Assembly: GCA_963727835.1 (NCBI GenBank)
Contig: CAVSIB010000059.1
Span: 7,102 to 71,101 of the forward strand
Reading direction: 5' to 3'
Source of the DNA: an uncultured delta proteobacterium
GTDB taxonomy: Bacteria; Desulfobacterota; WTBG01; JAGOGO01
DNA: 64,000 nucleotides
Shown here one piece after another: positions 29,990 to 39,283 of the stretch. The notes under the pieces are model-generated. The model was not told the origin of the DNA and did no database searches. It saw only the letters and a program-made list of their open reading frames with translations. Positions within the stretch are counted from its first letter, which is position 1, and each line of letters opens with the position of its first letter. The translations under genes and the position numbers were made by a program.

Positions 29990-30475
29990 TTAAAGTTCCT
30001 TTAGAACTCCCTGAATTATCTCCCTCAGGCCTTTATCAGCAGTGGTCATAGCGATGATTTCGAGTTTAGCGCGAAATCCTTGCATTGCGGTTAGACTTCT
30101 TTCCCGGTAGTTGCTTTTCAGTTTTAAAATTACCTCCTTAACCGTACCCACATCTTTATGATCAAGAAAAAGGAAAAGAGTATCCCAGTCGTCAGGAAGG
30201 CCATATTCACGGATAAACTTCTTTGCTATTGCCGGGAATTTTGGGGTTCCGTGACGGTTATAAAGCTCATTACGGTCTTTTCTATATTCCGGAGTTCCCT
30301 TCTTCCCCATAAATAATTTTTCTGCTTCTTTGCGGTATTGTTTTTGAATCCATTCTGACCGCTTAGATTTTTTAAAAACAGGCTTTTCCTGCGAAGCGTG
30401 TTTACTTTTATCCTTTTGCCTATCAATCTCCCGCCAGGATAAATTTTCTCTATCGTCCTCATCGTAATTAATCAT
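29990..30475 (-). CDS. Hypothetical basic protein (161 aa)
   Basis: Intact ORF. The N-terminal half is very Lys/Arg/Glu rich and the C-terminal half is globular (FIREYGLPDDWDTLFLFLDHKD). No family recognised. Confidence 0.5.
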   Translation of the reverse strand: MINYDEDDRENLSWREIDRQKDKSKHASQEKPVFKKSKRSEWIQKQYRKEAEKLFMGKKGTPEYRKDRNELYNRHGTPKFPAIAKKFIREYGLPDDWDTLFLFLDHKDVGTVKEVILKLKSNYRERSLTAMQGFRAKLEIIAMTTADKGLREIIQGVLKEL

Positions 30476-30487
30476 TTTCCCTCCTCA

Positions 30488-31888
30488 CTAAAAATCATTT
30501 TTTTTCAGGGAAAAAGCTGTCTTATTTTGCAGGCTTCTTAAAATTTTTTGTGCCACACTCGTCAACGAGTTATCCCTCGCTCCCATTACCACAACCACAT
30601 CTCCCGGTTGTGCGCTTGCAGCAACCTGATCAATAACCTGCTCTCGATCTTTAACGTTTTCGGCTTGGGGAACACAAATTTCCCTGACTAACTCAGCTGA
30701 AGAAATTGTTTTTTCAACTGTCCCGCCCACGTAAAAAATATCAAGCAAAATCACGATATCGGTTTTCCTTAAGGCAAGGTTAAAAGTCGCGATGAGTTCT
30801 TCTTTAATAAGTTTAGTCGGCCCAAAACCATGAGGCTGATAGATGACGATAAGCCGTGAACCCATGAGCTTAAGGGTCTCAAGCGCGGCTGCAATCTTGG
30901 CTGCGTTGTGCGAAAAATCATCAAACACTTTAATACCGCTTGTCTCCCCTACCAAGGAAAGCCGTCTTTCCACTCCTCGAAACATTTTCAGCGCCTGCCT
31001 TATCGTACCAAGAGGAATCTTTAGTTTTATTCCCAGTGCGATCACTGCTAACGCATTGGCAACATTATGCTTGCCCGGAACGGAAAGGGAAAAAAACGTC
31101 TCCTGAGCTTTAAAGGTTGAACCGGATGCTGTTAAGGTGACTTCCTCCGCCCTAACGCCACTTTCCGGGTTAAAGCCAAAGGTCAAAACCCGTTCCGGAG
31201 GAATGCGAGCGGTGAGTTCTCGGGAAAAAGGGCACTCACCATTCACAATCACTTCATTTTTTATATTTCCAATAAACCTTGAAAAAATTTTAATCAGCTC
31301 AGGCAGGGGTTTGTGGTCCTTTGAAATATTTGCTAAAATTCCAATCTCCGGATAAAATTTCACCAGTGACCCGTCGCTTTCATCGGTTTCGATCAGCATA
31401 AAATGAGAATTTCCGAGTTTGACGTTCCCTAACCTACCCTGGCTTTTATACTCAGAAATAATGGCGCCATTGATTACCGTGGGATCTAAACAAGCTTCAT
31501 CCATAACTTTCGCAGCCATCGCCGTGATAGTTGATTTTCCACTTGTTCCGGCCACGGCAATTCCCCACGCGCTATTAAAAAGCCGGGCCAGTAACTCGGC
31601 ACGCGTAACTACCGGAAGGGCAAATTCCCTGGCCCTTTTTAAATCTAGATTATCATTTTCGATCGCACCAGAGATTATCACCTCATCAATCTCCGCCCCT
31701 ATCCCCGTTCCATCTTGGGGAAAAAGTTTTATTCCGCGGGACTGGAGAAAGGTAAAAATCTCCTTATCCCTTTGCTGGTCAAAATTGCGGTCCGAACCGA
31801 ACACAAAATTCCCCTGCGCACAAGTTATTTGAGCAAGCCCAGTCATGCCGCTTCCCCCAATACCAATAAAAAAAATGCGTTTACTCAT
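30488..31888 (-). CDS. Mur ligase family protein (MurC/Mpl-like paralogue)
   Basis: N-terminal Rossmann IFFIGIGGSGMTGLA...GSD, ATP P-loop VAGTSGKSTITAM, central and C-terminal Mur ligase domains. It is not in a dcw cluster. Confidence 0.8.
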   Translation of the reverse strand: MSKRIFFIGIGGSGMTGLAQITCAQGNFVFGSDRNFDQQRDKEIFTFLQSRGIKLFPQDGTGIGAEIDEVIISGAIENDNLDLKRAREFALPVVTRAELLARLFNSAWGIAVAGTSGKSTITAMAAKVMDEACLDPTVINGAIISEYKSQGRLGNVKLGNSHFMLIETDESDGSLVKFYPEIGILANISKDHKPLPELIKIFSRFIGNIKNEVIVNGECPFSRELTARIPPERVLTFGFNPESGVRAEEVTLTASGSTFKAQETFFSLSVPGKHNVANALAVIALGIKLKIPLGTIRQALKMFRGVERRLSLVGETSGIKVFDDFSHNAAKIAAALETLKLMGSRLIVIYQPHGFGPTKLIKEELIATFNLALRKTDIVILLDIFYVGGTVEKTISSAELVREICVPQAENVKDREQVIDQVAASAQPGDVVVVMGARDNSLTSVAQKILRSLQNKTAFSLKKNDF

Positions 31889-31903
31889 AAAGTAAAAAAT
31901 TCA

Positions 31904-32503
31904 TCAAGGCGGAGTATTCGGGTGGGTCTCCAGAAGCTTTTTTAGTTCTTCAGGAGTATTTATATTAGATAACGTGTATAAATCCGGATCGAACGGTTTA
32001 AGTTCTTCCCCGCTAACCACTCTCACTCTCATCCCTTGGTAGGCTTTGACGATTTTAAGCTCTCCCTGATGCAACAGCCGCTCAATAGGTTTTAGTAACG
32101 TCCGAGGATAAATCGCATGGAGCGGTTGCCAATAATCTTTTGTTCTTTGCACGACAATATCAGCGGTTTGAGCCAAACTAAGGAAGTAGTGTATGACTCT
32201 TTTGTCCAGAAAAGGCATATCACAGCCTACGAAAAAAGCTTTTGGCGAAGAAGAGAAAAAAAGGCCAGTATAAATACCCCCCAAGGAACCTTTTCCCGGA
32301 ACAAGATCAGTTACGATCCTAACGTTTAACTCTATGTAATCTAACGGCGTATTAGTCACTAAAAGAACATCATCAAAAATTTTTCTAAAAAGAGAAACAG
32401 TACGATCAATGATTCGTTTGCCGTTAATTTCAATAAAGGCTTTATTTTTACCCATGCGGTTGCTTTCCCCGCCTGCAAGAATGACCCCTGTCATAAAAAT
32501 CAA
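31904..32503 (-). CDS. mobA: Molybdenum cofactor guanylyltransferase
   Basis: GVILAGGESNRMGKNKAFIEINGKRIIDR and GSLGGIYTGL..FVGCDMPFL match MobA. Confidence 0.88.
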   Translation of the reverse strand: MIFMTGVILAGGESNRMGKNKAFIEINGKRIIDRTVSLFRKIFDDVLLVTNTPLDYIELNVRIVTDLVPGKGSLGGIYTGLFFSSSPKAFFVGCDMPFLDKRVIHYFLSLAQTADIVVQRTKDYWQPLHAIYPRTLLKPIERLLHQGELKIVKAYQGMRVRVVSGEELKPFDPDLYTLSNINTPEELKKLLETHPNTPP

Positions 32504-32949
32504 AATACCTTTTTGCTATCCATGAGAATCGTAACCGGGCCATTGTTGATTAGGCCCACTTCCATAAGCGCCTGGAATTCACCGGTAGCCACGGTAATTC
32601 CTTGTTCTTTTACTCGCTCAATAAAATACTGGTACAGCTTCTTTGCTTCTGGAGGCTCAGCCGCAGCCGTAAAGGATGGTCTCCTTCCTTTCCGGCAATC
32701 AGCGATTAGGGTAAACTGGGATACGATGAGCATCTCGCCTCCGACATCGGAGAGAGAGCGATTCATCTTCCCCTCCTGATCGTCAAAAATTCTCAGGTTA
32801 ATAGTTTTTTCAACTAGGTAATTCGCATCGTCGCAATTATCTTCCCGCGAAATTCCGAGCAAAACCAAAAGCCCAAAGCCAATTGATCCGATTATCTCTT
32901 CGTTAACAATAACCTGAGCGCTTTTTACCCTTTGGATGACTGCACGCAT
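32500..32949 (-). CDS. dtd: D-aminoacyl-tRNA deacylase
   Basis: MRAVIQRVKSAQV...GLLVLLGISREDN...SQFTLIADCRKGRRPSF...GPVTI matches Dtd over its full length (149 aa). Confidence 0.95.
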   Translation of the reverse strand: MRAVIQRVKSAQVIVNEEIIGSIGFGLLVLLGISREDNCDDANYLVEKTINLRIFDDQEGKMNRSLSDVGGEMLIVSQFTLIADCRKGRRPSFTAAAEPPEAKKLYQYFIERVKEQGITVATGEFQALMEVGLINNGPVTILMDSKKVF

Positions 32950-32969
32950 ACTCCATGATAATGGAGAAA

Positions 32970-34286
32970 TTAACGGGCAGCAACCATTTTTTGAAAGGAA
33001 TCTTTTTTTTCTTCAAGTTGGGCGATCATTTTTCGTGAGGTTTCTGCGAACAGATGACGATAGGCATTGTCCACGGGAAATCCCGGAGGAAATTTTTCTT
33101 GGAGGGGATTAACAAAGCGTCCATTTTTTTCCATGCGGTAATCTAAATGGGGGCCGGTGGCTAAACCGGTGCTCCCTACATACCCAATAATCTCTTTCTG
33201 TTGTACCCGCTCGCCAACTCTAATAGTTTTTCCGAAACCTGAAAGGTGGTTATACATCGTCTCATAACCGAGAGGATGGCGAACCCTTAGTGAGTTACCG
33301 TTTCCATTTTTCCACCCCTTTTCCACTACGACCCCATCGCCGACAGCTAAAACTGGCGTACCCTGAGGAGCCGCAAAATCAATTCCCAAATGAGGTTTAT
33401 ACTGGTTTAAAATGGGATGAAACCGATGGTAGGAGAACCCTGAACTTATCCGCGTAAACTTAAGCGGAGCTCGGAGAAAGCTTCGCCTTACGGAAATTCC
33501 TTCAGGAGTAAAATAACCCTCTTGCCCTTTTGGGTCTTTAAAGTAAATAGCTCGATGCACTTTGCCCTGATTATTATATTCTGCGGCTTTAATTTTTCCA
33601 TAACAGAACAACTGATCATCCTTAAAATATTTTTCGATAATAAAGGCAAACTGGTCACCTTTTTGAAGGTCATGCCGAAAATCTATATCCCAAGCCAAAA
33701 TCTCCGCAAAATCAATGGCCACTTGGTCATGCTCTCCCGCTTTAACAATCGCGCCAAAAAGAGAATCTTCAATCACCCCAGAGACCTTGGTAATTTTTTT
33801 GCTCAGAAAAACCTTGTCTTTGCTCGGAAGAAGTTTTTCACCCTCTTTTCTCAAATTGTAAATCGTAACCAGATTTGTCTTTATGGTGAGTTTAAGGAGG
33901 TTCCCTTTCCCATCCGTTTCTATGTTGTATTCATCTCCCGGAGAAAGCTTGCGACAATTAAAAACTGGCTTAAATGCCTCAATACACTCAGCAATTGTTA
34001 AAGAAGAAAAGCCATGATCGGAAAGAATAGAACAAAAAGTATTTCCTGACTCTACTTTTCCTTGCATAATATTAATCGGTTTATCGGCTAGAAAAGGAGA
34101 AAAGGGGTTCGAAAGAAATTCGTTTAGGTTGGGAGGTTGGGGGGTGGGAAGAGAATACGAATCATGTTTGGACACTAAAAGAGGGAAAAAAGCAAAAAAG
34201 AAAATCAAAAAAACAAAGACCCTTTTTTGGGGGGGCCGGAAACTTTTGATCTCTTTTCTCAGTTCGGCAAACCTTCGTAAATGCAT
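32970..34286 (-). CDS. M23 family metallopeptidase (peptidoglycan endopeptidase)
   Basis: N-terminal TM anchor. M23 motifs HLGIDFAAPQGTPVLAVGDGVV and YNHLSGF...GYVGSTGLATGPHLDY. Confidence 0.9.
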   Translation of the reverse strand: MHLRRFAELRKEIKSFRPPQKRVFVFLIFFFAFFPLLVSKHDSYSLPTPQPPNLNEFLSNPFSPFLADKPINIMQGKVESGNTFCSILSDHGFSSLTIAECIEAFKPVFNCRKLSPGDEYNIETDGKGNLLKLTIKTNLVTIYNLRKEGEKLLPSKDKVFLSKKITKVSGVIEDSLFGAIVKAGEHDQVAIDFAEILAWDIDFRHDLQKGDQFAFIIEKYFKDDQLFCYGKIKAAEYNNQGKVHRAIYFKDPKGQEGYFTPEGISVRRSFLRAPLKFTRISSGFSYHRFHPILNQYKPHLGIDFAAPQGTPVLAVGDGVVVEKGWKNGNGNSLRVRHPLGYETMYNHLSGFGKTIRVGERVQQKEIIGYVGSTGLATGPHLDYRMEKNGRFVNPLQEKFPPGFPVDNAYRHLFAETSRKMIAQLEEKKDSFQKMVAAR

Positions 34287-34534
34287 TTCTGCCTAAGCGT
34301 GTCTTAGTGAAGAAATTAAATAATTTTTTTTACTATAGGATTTTTTTTGAAAGGAAATTTTTTTATATTTTATACATTATTTAAAGAGATTCAAGAAAAA
34401 AATAAAGGTGAGGTAATTTCGACGAAATCACTTCTTGCAAACCCTTTTGTAATAAGCTAAATAAATAATTTTAAACTCTGAAACCCAACCTCGTCAGATT
34501 TTCCGCAAGAGGATTGTTCTGGTTTTATAATGCG

Positions 34535-34588
34535 GGATTACACAAGAAAGATTATATCTGAAGGTCGAACAACACGGATTACATAAGA
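34535..34588 (+). promoter_or_regulatory. 13-bp direct repeat pair upstream of bioB (candidate operator)
   Basis: GGATTACACAAGA (34535-34547) and GGATTACATAAGA (34576-34588), 41 bp apart. A related AGATTACATCC overlaps the bioB start (34622). Confidence 0.35.
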
Positions 34589-34617
34589 TTATTGCCATTA
34601 GGGTAACAAGAAAAAAA

Positions 34618-35610
34618 GTGAAAGATTACATCCACAGCATCGGGGAAAAGGTTCTCGGGGGAGAGAAAATAAACTTTACTGAGGCAAAAAAGCTTCTTAA
34701 CACTCCTCAAGCAGACATTGTTTATCTCATCGCCATTGCCCATAACGTTCGCCATCATTTCTTTGGTGATAACGTAGGGCTTTGCACGATAATCAATGCA
34801 AAGTCCGGTCGTTGTTCTGAAGATTGCGCATTCTGTGCCCAATCAACACACTATCAAGGCGAATGCGAAATTTATCCCTTGGTTGAGGTGGAACACATTA
34901 TCCGAGCCGCGCTTGATGCCACATCCAAAGGAATCCAGCGTTTCAGTATCGTAACCAGTGGCCGAGGGTTAGGGAAAAAGGATTTTAAAAAAGTTCTCGA
35001 GTCTGTTAAAGCCATCATCCAGGAAACCCCTTTGCAGGTTGATTGTTCTTTGGGGATTTTGTCACAAGAACAAGCTACCGCTCTCAAAGACGCCGGTGTT
35101 GAGCGTTATCACCACAACTTGGAAACCGCGCCGAGTTTTTTTGATAAAATCTGTACCACTCACTCCATCGCAGAAAAAATTAAAACTCTCAACATAATGA
35201 AGGATGCGGGGTTAAGTCTTTGCTCCGGGGGCATTCTCGGCTTGGGTGAATCTCCGGAACAATGGCTGGAGATGATTTTTGTGCTCCGTGATCTTGGCGT
35301 TGATTCTATTCCCGTAAATATCTTAAATCCCCGCCCGGGAACCCCGCTTGAAAACCTTAAGCCGCCAACTCCGTTAGAGGTATTAAAAATCCTTGCCATT
35401 ATGAGGCTGATTGTGCCACAAACGGAAATCCGTTTAGCAGGGGGCAGAGAAGTTAATCTTCGCGATTTTCAGGCAGCCGCTTATTGGGCGGGAGTTACCG
35501 GCATGATCGTGGGTGGCTATCTCACCACCGGAGGCCGAGCTTTGAAACAAGACCTCCAACTGCTTAAAGACTTGGGGCTTTGTTGGGAAGCAAGAACGCA
35601 GAAACAGTAG
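34618..35610 (+). CDS. bioB: Biotin synthase
   Basis: Radical SAM motif CSEDCAFCAQS, 330 aa, BioB-type C-terminal half (YHHNLETA, CSGGILGLGE). Confidence 0.93.
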   Translation: MKDYIHSIGEKVLGGEKINFTEAKKLLNTPQADIVYLIAIAHNVRHHFFGDNVGLCTIINAKSGRCSEDCAFCAQSTHYQGECEIYPLVEVEHIIRAALDATSKGIQRFSIVTSGRGLGKKDFKKVLESVKAIIQETPLQVDCSLGILSQEQATALKDAGVERYHHNLETAPSFFDKICTTHSIAEKIKTLNIMKDAGLSLCSGGILGLGESPEQWLEMIFVLRDLGVDSIPVNILNPRPGTPLENLKPPTPLEVLKILAIMRLIVPQTEIRLAGGREVNLRDFQAAAYWAGVTGMIVGGYLTTGGRALKQDLQLLKDLGLCWEARTQKQ

Positions 35611-35948
35611 GAATAATAAAAATCGGAACCAGTGCCTTTCAGTTTGAAGACTGGAAAGTGTCGGTCTATCCGCCGGATATCACTGAACCAGCAATGTTCT
35701 CTTATTATGAAAAACATCTCGGCTTTGACACCGTTGAGATCAATTTTACTTACTACCACCTGCCTTCTCCCAAAGCAATGGATGGAATGGCAAAAAAGAC
35801 TTCCGACGGATTCGAATTTTCCGTCCGTTCCTATAAGGAAATGACCCATGAGATCTGGGAGGATAAAAAGCGATTACATTTAAATTTTTTCCAAGAAGAA
35901 AAAAGGAGTTATGATGAAGCCTGTCTTTATCGAAGCAATCACCCTTGA
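35580..35948 (+). pseudogene. DUF72 family gene remnant (N-terminal ~95 aa only)
   Basis: IGTSAFQFEDWKVSVYPPD...YYEKHLGFDTVEINFTYYHLPSPKAMDGMAKKTSDGFEFSVRSYKEMTH matches the start of DUF72 (YecE-like, normally about 250-280 aa). Family similarity stops near 35860, and the ORF ends inside the next gene. Confidence 0.7.
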
Positions 35949-36600
35949 TGATGCCTGGCATCAAGCGGTTTATAACCTTTTTGAACATGGCCGGCGATAT
36001 TCTATCGATCAGGGCAGTTATACAGGCAGTGAGCGCATTGAATTTGACTTTGTGGTTATACGGATAAAAGCTCCGTGGGAAGAGCCCCGGTTACCTAAGA
36101 TCCCCGAACAACTCAACATACCGTCGCCGGTTAGCGAAGATTATGTGGTAGGTTATTTTAATGATTATATCATGGGGGGCAAAAAAGCCGACGGTGAAGA
36201 TTATACCTATGGGGAAAGATTAACCAACGCGCAAAAGCGAGACGGTGGTTTCTTAAATCAAATTGAGGAGGCCATCAAGCGGTACAAAAAAGAAGGGTTC
36301 GGCACGAACCAGATTATCCTTCAAGTCGGACAGCCCTCTGACCTTCTTCTCGATGACCCACCTTGTTTACGTCATATTGATACTAAAGTTCGAGACAATA
36401 CCCTCCACTTTTTCCCTTACTTTCGTTCCTGGGACCTATGGGGAGGGTTTCCGGCTAATTTAGCCGCCCTCCAGCTTTTGAAGGAATATATGGCTTCGGA
36501 AATCGGAGTCCATGACGGTGAAATCGTAGCCAGCTCAAAAGGGTTACATATTTATAGACACGTTGAAGAACTGGCAAAGTTGAGATTTGGAAAATCATAA
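35911..36600 (+). CDS. Thymidylate synthase family protein, short (archaeal-like) form
   Basis: 229 aa with YTYGERL, catalytic-Cys context DDPPCLRHID, FRSWDLWGGFPANLAALQLL (compare E. coli [20 protein letters not shown]) and SSKGLHIY. GGAG RBS upstream. Confidence 0.7.
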   Translation: MMKPVFIEAITLDDAWHQAVYNLFEHGRRYSIDQGSYTGSERIEFDFVVIRIKAPWEEPRLPKIPEQLNIPSPVSEDYVVGYFNDYIMGGKKADGEDYTYGERLTNAQKRDGGFLNQIEEAIKRYKKEGFGTNQIILQVGQPSDLLLDDPPCLRHIDTKVRDNTLHFFPYFRSWDLWGGFPANLAALQLLKEYMASEIGVHDGEIVASSKGLHIYRHVEELAKLRFGKS

Positions 36601-36629
36601 TTTTTTTAAAAAAGGCAAGAAAAAAAGCC

Positions 36630-37419
36630 ATGGAACAAGAAATGGATTTTTTTGAAAAAGAACCCTTTTTCACTTCCCTGGGAGATAAAAACCTCAGGGC
36701 CTTGTTAGAAAAACTTCCATTCCCTCTTTTTGTGGTTGGTCCGGAGGAAAAAATTCTTTACCTTAATGCAATTGCTGAAAAAATTTACCAGTGTAGATTT
36801 TCCGCTGTTGTTAACCAGCCACTTTCAAAGGTTTTATTTCTCATTGATCCCACGATTATTTCGAAAGCCCTCGCTAATATTTTTAGGGGTCGAAAAATTA
36901 CTATTGAGGAATGGGAAGAAGAACAATACTGCGAAGGAAGAATTTTTTGGCGCCAAGGTTATTTTATTCCCTTATTTAACCAACACGGTGAGGTAACGTA
37001 TGGAGTGGTTTCTATTATTGACACAACGGAATGGATGAGAACCGAAAAAAAATTGAAGAAAGGCTTAGAGGAGTTTCAATTGTTTTTTGAAAAATCTCCT
37101 GACCCTATCCTCATTTTAAAAGCAGACCAGATCAGGGGAGCTAATCATGCGTGGGAAAAAATGATGGGGGGGACAAAAGGAAGAATTTTTTGGCAAAAGC
37201 ATCTGGGAAATCTCCCCTGAATTCCAAGAAGGAGGGAGTCCTTCCCGGAAAATTGCCGAAGAAAAAATATCAGCAGCATTAGCGGGTAGTTCGCAACTAT
37301 TTACATGGCACTTCCTTGCCAAAAATGGATCACTAATAAAAACCGAAGTAAATCTTACCGCAATATCTTCTCCGGAAATGCCTTCACTCATACAAGCGAT
37401 AGTCAGGGAAAATATATAG
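36630..37419 (+). pseudogene. Tandem PAS-domain protein, second PAS split by a frameshift; no output domain
   Basis: ORF 36630..37220 holds PAS1 and the start of PAS2 (FFEKSPDPILILKADQIRGANHAWEKMMGG). PAS2 continues in another frame as KEEFFGKSIWEISPEFQEGGSPSRKIAEEKISAALAGSSQLFTWHFLAKNGSLIKTEVNLTAI..IQAIVRENI, with a stop at 37417-37419. The shift lies in the G6/A4 runs at 37167-37180. Confidence 0.75.
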
Positions 37420-37700
37420 GATGGCACCATAACGGTGTTCTTCAAAAAAAAAAATGGAATTAAAAGAAAAAAGAAGGAAAAAGTAGATTTTTGAAGCTTT
37501 CTCATTTTCCTTGGTCTCCCTAAAGTCTGTTGAAAATGTGACTAACCAATGAAAAGGTAGCTCTTTTTTTAGACATCGTTTTTCTCCTTTCTCTGTATAG
37601 CACTCCACCGTATCTCTCATTAATAGTTATTGGCTTTTCGATAGTTATCAATTGTGCAATTCTTTGCTTTTCAAACGCGAAAATCTCTCGGAAATTAACT

Positions 37701-37728
37701 TTGACAGGAGTTTGCTTTTGACTAATAT
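37701..37728 (+). promoter_or_regulatory. Candidate sigma70 promoter of dnaA
   Basis: TTGACA (37701-37706), a 16-nt spacer, then TAATAT (37723-37728). It is about 105 nt upstream of the dnaA ATG. Confidence 0.55.
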
Positions 37729-37834
37729 TCAGAAAGTATTTTGTGCAGGAGGAAGAAAGATCGTGAGGAAGGATCATAAGGTTAAAAATAGTTAAAATAC
37801 TTTTTTAGCCTAACCCAAGGAGGAGAGAAGGGGA

Positions 37835-39187
37835 ATGGAGATTCAAGTATGGAACCTTTTCAATGAAGCATTGAAAAAAAGAGTCGGCATTGCTTCATTC
37901 AATCGTTGGTTATCCCAGCTCAAGCCAGTAGAATACCACGCAAATAAATTAGTCTTGGTTTGTCCGAATAAATTTGTCCTCGATTGGGTCAAACTAAATT
38001 ATCATAAAGATCTCATGAGCGCCTTCCACCAGGTAACAGGTGAAGAAGTGTTGGTGGATTTTATTTCCCACTCTGACAATAATGGAAATGGGTATGGAAA
38101 CAATAAAGAGATTCCCTCCCCTTCGCAGTTAGCACTCCCTGGTACCGAACGCTATCTTACTGGACTTCCTTTTATCAATCGGGAGTATACATTCCAAAAC
38201 TTTATTGTAGGACCAGGCAACCAGCTTGCTTATGCTTCTGCCTTAGCCGTCACTGATGGAGAACCCCGACTCTATAATCCCCTTTTCTTTTATTCCCCGG
38301 AAGGTTTGGGAAAGACCCACCTTTCCAGTGCGGTGGGACAAAAAATTTATTCCACTCATCCGGAGGTAAAGGTTTTTTACACAACGGCCGAATGGTTTAC
38401 CCACGAGATGATTCAGGCGCTTCGTAAAAATACTATCCTGGAGTTCAAAGAAAAATATCGAAAGTACTGTGATGTGTTAGTCATCGAAGATATCCAGTTT
38501 TTACAAAAAAAGGAAAAAACCCAAGAAGAAATCTTTTATACCCTCGATACCTTGATCCAAATGGGAAAACAAGTGGTTTTGACTGCTAATTCCAATCCCC
38601 GAGAAATTAGCGACCTCAAGACAAACCTAAAATCCAGAATGGGAAGCGGTCTCGTGGTAGATATTAAACCACCGGATTATGAGACCAAAAGGAAAATAAT
38701 CGCTCAAAAGTGCGCGGAAGAAAATGTAACGATCACCGAAGATGTGGCTGATTTTATCGCTCAGACTATAAAAAGCAACATCCGGGATATAAAAAGCGCC
38801 CTCATCCAACTTATTGCAAGCTCTTCTCTCCTAGGAAGATCAATAGATCTGGATTTAGCGAAGGAAACGCTCAAGAGTTTTATCCAAAATAAGTTAGTTG
38901 ATATTATGGATATTCAAAAATTTATTTCCCGACAATTTAAAGTTTCGCCTGAACAACTTAAGGCTAAGTCTCGTTCACGGACAATAAATTATCCCCGGCA
39001 AATCGCCTATTATTTCTGCCGCAAATACACTGACAGCACCTTGTCAACCATTGGGAGTTTCTTCAACCGGAATCACTCCTCAGTCATTCGGGCCCTCAAT
39101 CAATTTGAAATATCCCTTCGCACCAACCGGGGGGTAAAAGACGCGGTTAATTTACTCACCCAGCAATTTGAAAAAATATATTTCTAA
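37835..39187 (+). CDS. dnaA: Chromosomal replication initiator protein DnaA
   Basis: 450 aa. N-terminal domain I (WNLFNEALKKRVG..SFNRWL), AAA+ Walker A GLGKTHL, box VII, and the C-terminal DNA-binding signature RTINYPRQIAYYFCRKYT..STIGSFFNRNHSSVIRA. AAGGAGGAG RBS upstream. Confidence 0.96.
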   Translation: MEIQVWNLFNEALKKRVGIASFNRWLSQLKPVEYHANKLVLVCPNKFVLDWVKLNYHKDLMSAFHQVTGEEVLVDFISHSDNNGNGYGNNKEIPSPSQLALPGTERYLTGLPFINREYTFQNFIVGPGNQLAYASALAVTDGEPRLYNPLFFYSPEGLGKTHLSSAVGQKIYSTHPEVKVFYTTAEWFTHEMIQALRKNTILEFKEKYRKYCDVLVIEDIQFLQKKEKTQEEIFYTLDTLIQMGKQVVLTANSNPREISDLKTNLKSRMGSGLVVDIKPPDYETKRKIIAQKCAEENVTITEDVADFIAQTIKSNIRDIKSALIQLIASSSLLGRSIDLDLAKETLKSFIQNKLVDIMDIQKFISRQFKVSPEQLKAKSRSRTINYPRQIAYYFCRKYTDSTLSTIGSFFNRNHSSVIRALNQFEISLRTNRGVKDAVNLLTQQFEKIYF

Positions 39188-39283
39188 TTTTTTAATTCAG
39201 ACGTCGTGAACAAAAAAAATTGTTCTTCTTATTGATTTCTCTTTTTTTTCTGCCAAAAAAACAGATCACTTATTTTAAACGAA

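Noticed and set aside
37420-37834. oriC directly upstream of dnaA
   Set aside because: The region is AT-rich, but I found no TTATCCACA-type box with one mismatch or fewer on either strand. Only distant words such as TGTGACTAA are present.
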